The notes under the pieces: model-generated
Told to the model about the DNA's origin: nothing
Databases searched by the model: none
The model's input: only the letters and a program-made list of their open reading frames with translations
Shown here: positions 26,301 through 39,183 of the stretch, piece after piece
How the letters are laid out: each line of letters begins with the position of its first letter
Numbering within the stretch: the first letter of the stretch is position 1
Program-made: the position numbers and the translations under genes
Source of the DNA: Euprymna scolopes
Taxonomy: Eukaryota
DNA length: 64,000 nt
Assembly: GCA_053919585.1 (NCBI GenBank)
Contig: CM132793.1
Reading direction: 5' to 3' (one strand)

Positions 26301-26733
26301 TACTATAGGAAATATTTTTCAGCAATTTTATAAAACACGTTTCTTTTCGTTGAACAATTTAAAGTTGAAAAAAGTCATCACTTTCTCTCGCATGTGTATT
26401 ATAATATTATACTTATTAGATTAAGCTGACAGATGTAATCACATTAGAAAATAAATGTTTAAATTTCGACGGACCTTGTTTGCGCTTGAGTGTGGCCGTG
26501 TGCATTTGGTAGTTGCTTATGGAGTCAGAGATAACGTCAGTTTCAGGATCAAATATCCCGACCAGGGATAATCGTGATACCCTGCNNNNNNNNNNNNNNN
26601 NNNNNNNNNNNNNNNNNNNNNNNNNNNNNNNNNNNNNNNNNNNNNNNNNNNNNNNNNNNNNNNNNNNNNNNNNNNNNNNNNNNNNNNNNNNNNNNNNNNN
26701 NNNNNNNNNNNNNNNNNNNNNNNNNNNNNNTTG

Positions 26734-28824
26734 AAGACTTCAAGACAAGGTGTTGATGGCAACAAAAAGTGTATTTCACTTTACGTTACAATTGTTTCAA
26801 TGTCTACTTCGACAATTTCAAGCATTATATCGTTTGAACATATTCAAGCACCATCATTCCTTCAAACTTTATGAATAAACACACTTAAGGCAATGCACCA
26901 TGGTTTGAATAGAAAGACGGGGGAGATCCCTAACGGGAAAGGCATACGAGAAACATATACCTCGTTTGTGGGTACGGAAAAGCCGATTTAGATATTAATG
27001 TATCGCCTAATTTTCGTATCCTTATTTAAGAAAATAGTTAGTTGAAGTTTTACGGGGAGCCCTTAGCCATTTAAAAAAAAGAAACATTTTTTAAAAATAT
27101 ATCCCATTTGTTCCTTTATTTCCAAATGAGTAAGTCAACATGGAGTCTATCGACCTAGGGTGTCAGATGAATCTATTTTTAAGAAGGAATCCCTGTTGAT
27201 ACCATACAGGGGTTCCTTCTTAGAAATAGAGTTCTGCTATACGCCTTTAATATAACTGAGGCGTAACCTTTCTACAACAATAATGATTATCGGATGCCAG
27301 GATTAAATTTTAATGCAGAATAAATAGGTAGAACTGTTACAATATAAATGAAAGATCCAAATCTAAGATGCGAATATAGTTTCCTTTCTTCTTATACGAG
27401 TAAGAAATATAAATAAAGTATATTGCTCATCTAGGCATGTTTTTCTCCATAACGGTAAGTATTCTTGTATTCAGTCGTATCAGTATTAACGGTAAAATAA
27501 GTAACAACTTCTTTCAAATCAATAAAACAACTCAGCAATTAATCTAGTTATTATTAAAAATTAAATTAGCAACTTGGGGGCTATTAATACATCTAAATGT
27601 TAATTTAATTGATTTTGTCATCTGACACGTTGGGTTGATAGAACCCATGCTGACTTATTTTCCTACTTCACTCCAGGATCTAAGTGTTTATCATCCATTA
27701 ATGTAAGAGTAGTCATCTTCCCACCGGAGTAAAACACACTTGGAGCCATGGGTGGTTTTGCTGTCACAATAATAATTAGGGGCCATATAATAATTCATTT
27801 ATTTACACAACCAAAGAACACAGCGCATGAATTATATGACATGAGCAGCATAAGTGATTAATAACAGGTGCGGGTTAAGCACAACCGATTCCTTTAGATC
27901 AAAAAACCTTATTCATATACTTAATTTGTTAAATAAGCCATTGTAACACGGTATGGACCTATCTGATGAAATTTATTAGTGAATCATGGTCACTTTCAAG
28001 TAATCAATGGACCGAAAACACAAACGGCCTGAATTACCTCCCTTTTACCATTATAAGAAACAAAATCCACCCATTTTCAAACATAATTAACTAGCAGTAC
28101 TTACAAACTGTATTGAGTTATCTCACTTCAAATCCTCCTTGGCAACGACATAAAAACATTTATCATATGAAATAACTATGGATCTTCAGACAGTAAATAG
28201 TTTAGAACACTTCACCCGAAATGTCCTACAAGGTTTACATATATTTAATACACCCATTTTACTTTACTCTAATATTCAATCAAATTCTAAACGGAAAATT
28301 GCATTATATCCATGTACCAATAGAGCGATAATATATAAATATTACTTGCCAATAATATGAAAGTAAAACTAACCCTAACATCATTACAAGGTAGTTACGA
28401 CCATAATATAAATATAGGTACCAAACTTTTAAAATTATTTTTACAAAAAATCGATCATTTGGAAATAAAGTAATTTAGAAACCCAACAAATGGGATATTC
28501 TTAAAAAAATGTTTTTTTTTCTGTTATTAAATGAGGATACGAAAATAAGGTGAAACATCAATATTTAAATGGGCTTTTCTGTAACAACAACCAAGGTAAA
28601 TGTTTCTCGCATGCCTTTCCCGTAAGGAATCCCCCCACCTCTTTCTTTCCATTCCAAAAATGGGACATTGTCTAAAGTGTGGTTATTCATTAAGTCTGAA
28701 GTAATGTTGGTCTTTTAACAATTTTCAAACGATATAATGCTTGAAATTGTCGAACCAGACATTGAAACAATTGTAATGTAAAATGAAATACACTTTCTGT
28801 TGCCATCAACAGTCTTGAAGTCTT
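26734..28824. repeat. Long diverged inverted repeat pair (arms 26734-27128 and 28456-28824)
   Basis: aagacttcaagac..tgttgatggcaac..aagtgtatttca..cgacaatttcaagcattatatcgtttg..acgggaaaggcat.cgagaaacat..tcccatttgtt..ctttatttccaaatg matches the reverse complement of 28456-28824. Confidence 0.85.
27131..27657. mobile_element. MITE with ~40-bp terminal inverted repeats nested between the long inverted arms
   Basis: taagtcaacatggagtctatcgacctagggtgtcagatga (27131-27170) versus reverse complement of 27618-27657 (taagtcagcatgggttctatcaacccaacgtgtcagatga). Confidence 0.7.
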
Positions 28825-29215
28825 GATTTTGCATACACAGTAAATTAATGCTCAATTATGAAATGTGGTAATTTTGTAGCTTAATCTTTAAGTCAACCAT
28901 TTTTGGTTTAAAGCCTATTGGTATATGAAAATTAACTGAATTGCACGAACTCAGNNNNNNNNNNNNNNNNNNNNNNNNNNNNNNNNNNNNNNNNNNNNNN
29001 NNNNNNNNNNNNNNNNNNNNNNNNNNNNNNNNNNNNNNNNNNNNNNNNNNNNNNNNNNNNNNNNNNNNNNNNNNNNNNNNNNNNNNNNNNNNNNNNNNNN
29101 NCGTGTATTGGGGCATAAAACGCATGATTCTTTATTCTGATATAAAGAAAAACTATTAAATTTAATCATATGTATAATATACACCTGTTATGGGAACATT
29201 TGAAAAAAATTTATA

Positions 29216-29287
<72 letters not shown>

Positions 29288-29369
29288 ATAGGCATGATAA
29301 AAAATAAAAATATAGATGTATTTATATATGCGCATATGCTTTACACGGTCCGAAATATTACGGATCCAT

Positions 29370-30013
29370 ATATTTTATGGAAAAATACGCGCATGAAAAG
29401 TAATATTCTTAAGATTTTATTAAACCTGGAAAAGTAAAGGACAAGACATTCAACCTGGAAAAGTAAAGAACAAGATATACTAGTAAAGTAAAAAAATAAG
29501 AATTTTTTAGACTTCAAATATTGCAGCTAAAAATAAAAGTTGAATATTGATAAATATGTTATTTATTATTTGCATATGTTGCTGTTTATTGTTGAGTTAG
29601 AACGGGTGTCAGTTGCTGGATTGAACTTATTTCCCTCCTATTATTTGCATACATTTATGTAGTGAAAATTGTTTGAATAAAATTAATGCATTAGTTAGTT
29701 AGTTAGTAGATGGAATTAATAATTTTATAATTTACATAAAAATCAATAATTTTATTATATCATAATTAGGATCATTTAATTCTTTCTAACTCAACAATAA
29801 ACAACAACGTATGCAAATAATAAATGAAATATTTATGAATATTGAAATTTTATTTTTAGCTGCAATATTTTAAGTCTAAAAAATTCTTATTTTTTACTTC
29901 ACTAGAATATCTTGTTCTTTACTTTTCTAGGTTGAATTTCTTGTCCTTTACTTTTCCAGGTTTAATAAAATCTTAAGAATATTACATTTCATGCGCGCAT
30001 TTTTCCATATAAT
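29370..30013. mobile_element. Foldback element with ~230-bp inverted arms containing a 29-bp tandem subrepeat
   Basis: 29373-29602 is the close reverse complement of 29784-30013; aacctggaaaagtaaag.acaaga.at.c occurs twice in each arm; ATCCAT at 29364-29369 and 30012-30017 may be a TSD. Confidence 0.85.
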
Positions 30014-30119
30014 CCATGATTGTTCCAGTCATTGCTATTGTATTAATATATGAATTTATAATATTTATTAATGATTGTCAAAAAAAATTAGCTCTCGAAC
30101 ACACATTTATGCAATATTT

Positions 30120-30570
30120 CTCATTCAATCACAGTAGTTCCGAGCCAGGGTTTCTACCGAGACTGCGGTTCATGAATTCGAGATCTGTATAGAGTAAACT
30201 AACAAAAAAGAAGATGACACTCGGTGTCTTTTTAGATATCGTTGGAGCTTTTGACAACATACCCTTCAGTGGTATGTTCAAGTCGCTACGAGAAATCAAT
30301 GTGCCACCAGTACTCATCCGATGGATTGCGTATATCGTGAGGCACAGAACAGTTCAAGTAGAACTACTGAGGGCAACTGTTAAAAGGGAAGTAGTTAAAT
30401 GAACCCCCCAAAGTGGGATTTTATCACCTTTACTATGGAACTGTATGCTGAATCCTCTTTTAAAGGAGTTTAAAAATAGGAATATTTATGCCCAGGTTGC
30501 TGCTGATGACATCGCAGTGCTGGTCGCGGGTTCAAAAGCATCATTGGTCAGACGCATTGCCAAAATCGGA
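30120..30570 (+). mobile_element. LOA/R1-type LINE RT fragment
   Basis: STETAVH, LGVFLDIVGAFDN, TPQSGILSPLLWNCML, AQVAADDIAVLV (the PQGGVLSPLLWN signature of LOA/Lian-type RTs). Confidence 0.75.
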
Positions 30571-31093
30571 CTACATTTTTCATCAAATGTGATAACAAAA
30601 AATTTGAGTTCATTCACAGAATATGTATATCATAGAATTCACTTATATTTTTAATCGATAAATTCACCATTTTTTGCTATAAAATCATAAGGAGAGTTAA
30701 AAATATATTTATTTAAAAAAAATTCTGTTTTTTAATTATAAAAAAAAAACGATACACGGGATTGAACCTAAATACTTTCCGTTACGCTAACATGTCATTT
30801 TGGCAAAATCGCAGTAAAAATATTTATATACAAAAAAAGTTATGCAAAATAAAAAAAGCGTTAGTCACTTATGTACTTACTCTCCTGTTTGTGAACACAC
30901 ATATTTTGTTGTAACTTTTTTTTTACTGAACCAATTTTCGAATTTTTTTTCAAATTGTAGCTAATGAAGTGTTCTATCCAACTATATCTGTTTGAAATTT
31001 GGTCGCGAACGGAATTAGTGGTGGGGGGATGAATGTGTCTCGATTCATTCAATTTCGGACTTCAGCATATATTCACCCACTACTGTGGTTGAA

Positions 31094-31173
<80 letters not shown>

Positions 31174-33853
31174 ACACAATATCAGATTTATAACGGAATA
31201 TTAATTATACTTATCTGTGTGTATTCCTCTTACGCATATTGAAAGATATGTATCCTTACTTATATTTATGGAAACCGTTTGATGGGTTACGAAGATATGT
31301 ACTAAAGCATTTTTTGCGCTACATACCGCGATAATACATTAGAATTTCAAGATGAAATCATGCTCTATCAGAATATATCTAATACAGTCTTATGTGTGAC
31401 AAAATAGATTAAGATGAAATGGTAATTTTACGAAGAGAGAAGTGCATCGTGGAGTGTTGTATATTTACATAAGATAATTGTAAATGATGCTTTAATTTCT
31501 CTGTCGTCTCCTGCTACAAATGTTGCAATAGATATACTACATTTGTTGAGATACATGCAGACCATCGTTTGGAGCTGGAGGTTATGTTAACGTAGGTTTT
31601 ACAGGCTCTGACATTAAGTTTTGTACAAAATGTTAATTTAGGTTTATTACATTTGTAATCACTCTATTGTCTGCAGTTGTTTTTGTGTGTTTTGCATAAA
31701 CAGATCAAATTGGCAATCGCGTATTTTTTAGATTTTAGATTGCATTAATACGAAGTCTCTTACATTTTTCACTATATGATATTGGGTATTTTTTTAAATT
31801 TTGATTTCGTTCATGTGTTTGCTTAAGAAAAGACCATACCTTCCCAGTCATTTATATTGTATGGTTTGTATTTAAGCATATTGATTATGTTTATTTAATT
31901 TATTTTTTGATATTTCTATGCATTTAATGATAGTTTGAAAATTGAATGATTGTTTCCTAGTAATGTGCTGCAAATAACTAAAGGGTCCTATGCATGTGTG
32001 TTTCTTTCACATGCTAGAATTTTTCATTTTTTATTGTAGATTCCGTAGAAATTAAAGAATGTGTAACGATCGTTAGCTTTTGATTAATAAGCAATATGAT
32101 TGTGACTTCTCAAAAAAAGAGGAAATATATCGGTTTTATATTGTAAAATTCCTCATTATATAAAACATATTAAGTTATTAGTGGAGTCCTAAGAAGATTT
32201 GAAAATGCACATGCATTATTTTAAACAATTGGATAATATGTAAACGGAGCCCAATAATAAATAATCTATCTCTGATTATTTGCGAAAAAATTGTTTTAAA
32301 AGTTAAAATCAAATTAAATAATGTTCTAACAGCAGCATCGTACTTATACATTGCTTACTTATTATAAATGTGGCAATACTGCTCTCGACTCATGTGGAAT
32401 AACATATAATTTACATATTATATATATATTTTTAAAGGAATTGTAAGGTTCAATTTTGTGTGCTTATTTTAATATTTCGACATTATGTCTGCTTTTTTAT
32501 CCGTAGGAAAATAAATAAAAATTAAATACGTTTTATATAATTTAATTCGATAGTTTTGCTCATTACATGTTAAAAAATTTGAAATGTTTCTTAAAAAAAT
32601 ATCTTAATTCGCTTCAAAAATGTTACCAAGTAATGAACACGGTCCAAACTTCATAATATTTTCATATCTCACATTAACATATAACACATTTAAAACAACA
32701 TAGTTTTTAAGCTTTTTGCGGTGCCTCGAAGGTACGATGTCTTAATAAGACGTGATATAACATAAATATTTATATGAAATAGGTGGACACCCAGGAGTTA
32801 GGGGTCGTAAAATACACTTAATTATCTTGCTTTCATGCAAATCTCATATATATCATGATAAAGAAAGCTGTTTATTGATTAGTTGTACACAATATAGCAA
32901 ATAGTTACCATGCCCTCCTTGTCATCAAGAGGAATAGAAACTAAATACGAGAGTTTCAAGCATGTTTGAGCGCTTCTCTATTCGTCGCTTTAATCTAAAC
33001 TAATGCCAGATTGGAAAAAATTAAACAAGAAAAGCTGAAGAGTTTATGTGTGCGCGTGAGGTTTTTCCTCTCATGTAGATATCTTTTAAAGAACAAATTA
33101 ATATAATCTATCATATATTAACATAGACATATCAATTAGGCGAAATGCAATTATAATAATAAGCAACTTTGTAGTCATGCAGTTTTCCATAATTAATACC
33201 AAAATGCGGATTCGATCGTGCGTTTTTTCACTTTTACTATAGATAACCTCTCCACTTGATTGATATAACTAAAATAAAACCCAATCATTGTTCGATCACA
33301 AATTGGTGCAAATTAATTGAATTTAAACTATGAATCGATATGACATTTTCCATAAGTGCAAATATCCGGAACTATTGATTAATTCTGAAGCAAATATTAA
33401 TGTAAATTTCTAAACTAAACAATANNNNNNNNNNNNNNNNNNNNNNNNNNNNNNNNNNNNNNNNNNNNNNNNNNNNNNNNNNNNNNNNNNNNNNNNNNNN
33501 NNNNNNNNNNNNNNNNNNNNNNNNNNNNNNNNNNNNNNNNNNNNNNNNNNNNNNNNNNNNNNNNNNNNNNNNNNNNNNNNNNNNNNNNNNTTTCGCGTTT
33601 CAATCCCGTTAGAATTCGTAAAGCTGATGCCTTAACACCAGGGCGCTGTCACTAGAATGAAACGCGAAATGTTCTGGGTAGCGTTATTGCCATGTATATT
33701 TATATAACTTACTACATATCGCTCTCTATGTATTGGACATTGCTGAATTAAATACTGAAAATGTACGCATACAATGATATCTTCGTATATAACTTAATGA
33801 GATTAAATAGAGTAACCATATACATATATATATATGAGATAAAAGACAACCTA

Positions 33854-33905
<52 letters not shown>

Positions 33906-33989
33906 ATGTGTGTGATTGTCCTTTATTTATATTTTAGTCATTCCTATTCGAGACGAACAATGTCTTACAAGTATTTCCATTTAGTAAAT

Positions 33990-34070
<81 letters not shown>

Positions 34071-37000
34071 TTAGTAAAAATGGTAATTAATAAAAACTGA
34101 AGAAAGTGCTCAATACTTTTGTAGAGCAAATATGCGTTTTATTTTTATTGTCGTATCTTTCTGTTAAGTTACATTATTGTTTCAGCTTCCCGGCCGTTTT
34201 TGTGCCGTCTGTAGCTTCTCCAGACTTTTACAGAAAATATATATGACCATTTTTCAAAAATGTAATGATTTTCTAATAATACGTTTTCATAGATAAGATG
34301 CGCTCACCAATATAGAGAGGAGCAAGTTGTCCAAGTCACACCGTGATGTATTTTGCAATGTCGACAGATATGGTGTTGCGCCCTCATAATTTGGTTTATA
34401 TACTTACATACATTACACGTTTGTTTTCCTTGATTTCAAATATATATTTATTTTTCCTTCTCACAGTCCACCAAATTTTATTGGAAAAGAACTGATTATT
34501 CGTTCATTTTAGAATGTGAACTATCTAAGTAATAGAAATTTTCACTACCGAGATTTACAAACATGGGGTTATCGATACAAGACCCCATCCTTTTAAATAA
34601 AATACGTCAATTACAAAACTATTAACACATCATAGCATGTTCAAATACCAAAAATGTTTGCATTTCTATATTAAATAAACGGTGCATGCTGAGTCTTTAT
34701 ATACGACTACGGTTCCGTGCTACGTCTTTTGTAATTTCATAGAAGGTACTGTTTCTGAACACATCGTTACATTCGTATAGCCATTATTTATTTTTCATCT
34801 AAAAGCTGAATAAACGTTTCTTAAACATACCTTTGATAAACATTTTTCCTTATATACTGATTACAACATTTCAAACAACCGATTACGAAATTATTAAATT
34901 CGAGGCCCGGGTTTAGTGGGATTTAAATGTCTTTCAACTGTCTAAAACGGTTGACTCCTTCAGTGCAAAATTCTACATAAACATTTTTTTCGTAGTGTAC
35001 AACTAACTAAAATTCTTTCTTTATACGCTGAATTAAATATAAAAAAACGATTACACCATTACTTCAGTAAACATCCTGTTTTTTTTAGTTAGATGCCTTC
35101 AAACTGTCTACTTGTTTTCTTTTTTTATTTTAAAGTAACCGCATTGATTAATAAAAATAAAAAGTAATTAGGAAAAAGCTTAATGAGGATTAACATTTTA
35201 CAATGAATAAATGAGTTTTGTTGTATAACCGAAATTTAAAAACACTATAAAAATAAAATGTGTGTTTAAGTTTACAGTAAACACATACCTGTTTACATTA
35301 ATCGAGTTACCGGTGTCTAAATAAGGAGTTCCTATTAGTGATTACATGGTTCGGGGATATTCGACAACTAAACCGCAAATCTTCAAAAACGTTATTTTAC
35401 GAGACATTACCTCGTAATTTCACCAAAAGCTAGTGGACTGAAGCCTTTCCGTGTTTGCACATTTTTTTTAATACTTACAGTGTTGGGCCTAATGAGGCTA
35501 ATTAGTGTTTATGCGCCCGCAGGATAACTTGCTGCTATTTACGTTTAATAGCAAGTTGATCGGTGAGAAATGCTACCAGCGGGCAAGGCCGTTAATGCTT
35601 CCTGCTAGTATAAAAAATAAAATATATACATATATAGTCATGTATATATGAACATCATTAAAATTCCATTTGATTATTGTTATTCCTTTTAAATAATGTA
35701 TACACATTTGTACATTTACTAAATTATAGGTTATTAAAATAAGAAAAGTATTGATTTTTTTATAGATTTAATAGTGTTTATTGTTCAATTTTAATACTTG
35801 GTCTCATCGTATTTTCTACAATAAATTTCATAAAACTTTTTGGAAAACAAATTATAGTTTTTGGAACAATAACAGATTAGTAACTTATTAATAATAAATA
35901 TTATTAATGTATTAAAGAATAACATAACACTTCTATTACGAAAAACTGTATGAATGGCCTGCCAACATAAAAATTATAAAAATGTATTAAACATGACTGT
36001 ATTGTGTGCAAACAAAATTTTATAAATTAACCTTTAAAATGAATTAAAATAAGTTTTATCAAATTTTATATGTGACATATTAAATCCATATAGAAATAAC
36101 CAATGTATTTACATTCAATATAAAAATACCAATAGACTTGAGCACATAATCTTGATATAATTTAAATAGTCTCCTCTATGTGATTAACATTGTAGTAGTT
36201 TTTGATATATTGTTGAATATAAATGGTATGTAAGATTATTTACATTATAAATCTTCGCGGAACTAACACGCTTGTATAAACATCAATTGCACACTGGGTA
36301 AATTGAAAAGCGGCACATGAAAAAAGCAGACATTCGATTCATTAATGGAAATTTAGAATACAGCTCAGCGTATTTACCGATTCTGATACGGTCCCATTTC
36401 AATCTCCAGTCGAGGAAATAGGGAAAACGGCTTTCCATGGATGAACCATTATCTTGATTAAAATCTCGGTTTCGTAATCAAATAACAGCAAATCCTCTTC
36501 GGATAAATAGATAAACGTTCTTTTTCGAAAATGAGTCAATATGATTTACTTGTCTTTTTTCAATTGATACCACNNNNNNNNNNNNNNNNNNNNNNNNNNN
36601 NNNNNNNNNNNNNNNNNNNNNNNNNNNNNNNNNNNNNNNNNNNNNNNNNNNNNNNNNNNNNNNNNNNNNNNNNNNNNNNNNNNNNNNNNNNNNNNNNNNN
36701 NNNNNNNNNNNNNNNNNNNNNNNNNNNNNNNNNNNNNNNNNNNNNNNNNNNNNNNNNNNNNNNNNNNACAATGTTGCAATCTTCCTCACGGTAACACAAA
36801 CAAGATATATTGTACGTTCCTGAGTTATAACGTTTCACATTATTTATTTAACGGTATAACGAACTTGCAAAATGCCTACAAGTAGATCAACCTTTTTGGA
36901 ATAATAAGTTTTAATTACTAAGACTACAACAAGGGATACAAGAATACAAGGAAAGTGTGGACGTATTTTCTTACCCACTATAAGTTCAAGCCTTTTGGTA

Positions 37001-37269
37001 ACTTTTATTATTTAAAGCATTTTGTTGCACTGTGTTATGGTTTTTGACTGCGGTGGTTATTTTAGCATTACTAATATTTAACAGTCTGTACTATTTTTAT
37101 ATTCCAGAATTTATATAATTGCCGATTTATTAATATTATTTGGTTTTCTTATTTTTTATTATTATCACAGTAATTGGAATTACTAATATGGTTCTCTTCT
37201 TTTATTAGAATAATTTTTATTTTACTCTTTACATATTATACTACTGCATACACCCTTCGTTAGTTTGTA

Positions 37270-39183
37270 CGTTACTCTTTTGAAATGTTTACAGGAGATT
37301 TCTGAAGAAGTAAAATAGCGACAGCTTAGAGAGAGTTTACTGAAACCACCCAAAAACGCATCGAAGCAAAGAATTAGGAACCCGTGACTTCTAGAAAATC
37401 TGCAATAGTGTAGTAAATAATGGGCAATCAACAATTTCCCCACTATCAAACTATCATGAGGCTGCTTACTCAGCAGATAAGCAGGCTAACATGCTTACCA
37501 GTCGGGTTGCCTCAAACTCAACACTGACCCTGATAACCACCCCCTCCCTAACTTTCCTTTGTGGACAGACACTACATTAGACGATCTGAAAATCACCCCT
37601 TCTTAGGTGCTGTTATCATAAGAAATCTTTACTCTGCAAAAGCATGTGGACCTGATCTCATCCCGGTTGTGCTATTAAAAAGTGCGCTCCAAACTTTACA
37701 ACAAATGCCTTAATGAATCGTGATTTCCTGCTTGCTGGAAAACTTTTTCTGTAGTACCAGTTGTCAAGAATTCTGTCGAAAAAAATGGCCCAATAAATTA
37801 TCGCCTCATTAGCCTCCTTCCGCATTTTGCTAAATTATTTGAGACCATAATTAACGACGTTCTAGTCCATCATCTAACAGATGCTAAACTTCTGACTGAT
37901 CATCAATATTGATTTATGCAAGCCCGATCCACAGAAGACATCCTAACTATAATCTCAGAACGTATATACAATTCACTGGTCAAAGCGGGGAGGGTAGAGC
38001 AGTATCTCTAGATATATCTAAGGCTTTTGACAGGGTATGGGATGAAAGTCTTCTCAAGAAAATCAGATCATGTGTATCACTAGAAGAATACATAACATAA
38101 TTACATCATTCTAAGAATGATAAGAGAAAATTCCAGGTTGTCCTTGACGGTCGTACATCTAAACAATATGATATAAATGCGGGAGTGCCTCAGGGGTCTA
38201 TCCTTTGGCCTCTGTTATTCCTAATATTCATAAATGACCTCCCTGACAAAATTGTCCGTGGGATGGGAATATATGCTGACGACACCACGCTCTATAACAG
38301 ATGCGACAGGAAAACAGATGAACACATATCAAATGAAATGGCAGAAAAATTGAGGATGGCTTCCGGCTTGTCATGAAATGGGGACAAACATCGATGGTAA
38401 CATTCAATGCTTCCAAGACTAATCTTGTTTCCTTCAATAAATGCAAGAAACCATCTATATCACAAATATCACTGCCCACTGACAATTTGTCTTAAAATAC
38501 TTATTTCAAACTTCTCGGTCTAACGTTCGCAGGAAACAGGAGTTGGAACAATTACATTGAGAGTATTGCCAGGACCGTTGCGAAAAAGGTAGGCTCTCTC
38601 TACCGGCTAGAAAGCTACCAACGCCCGAAAATATCCTATACCTCTATAAGGTCACCATTCGCCTATGTATGGAGTATTGTTGTCATATTTGGGTCGTGGC
38701 ATCTGTTACTACTCTCTCGCTCCTAGACAAGGTACAAAAGAGAGTCGCCAATCTGATAGGTTCTGAACTGTCATCTAAACTTCAGCCTCTGCCCCAACGA
38801 CGAAATGTTGCATCCCTCTGCGTGTTCTACAAGTATTTAACGGCGGATGCTCTGACGAAATGCAAGCACTTGTGCCCCCTGGACGTAAATATCCCCGATA
38901 AACCCGAAAAGCAGTTAAATCCCACCCCTTTACAGTAGAGACCCCTAGATGTAAGAAAGCATTCTACTCCAGTGGTTTCTTCCCCAGAACAGCTAGACTT
39001 TGGAAGTCCATTCCGGGTCCCTGCTTCGCCAACTGTACTGACACGCAGAAGTTCAAGTATAACGTGAACGGACATCTTGCTGCCCAATTCCCTACACAGT
39101 ACCCCTGATGTTTATGCCCCTGATAAAATCCTCCTACAACAAAGTGGCAATGTTCCTTGTCTGGGGTGAAAATGTAATTAAAA
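37270..39183 (+). mobile_element. 5'-truncated CR1-group LINE (family A), moderately decayed
   Basis: NYRLISLLP, AVSLDISKAFDRVW, PQGSILWPLLFLIFINDLPD, YADD, MEYCCHIW; family-A 3' end at 39140-39183; colinear with 13410-14533. Confidence 0.9.

Noticed and set aside
24901-29101. N runs as masked exons (two are preceded by AG)
   Set aside because: None is followed by GT, and the minus-strand AC/CT pattern is not met either
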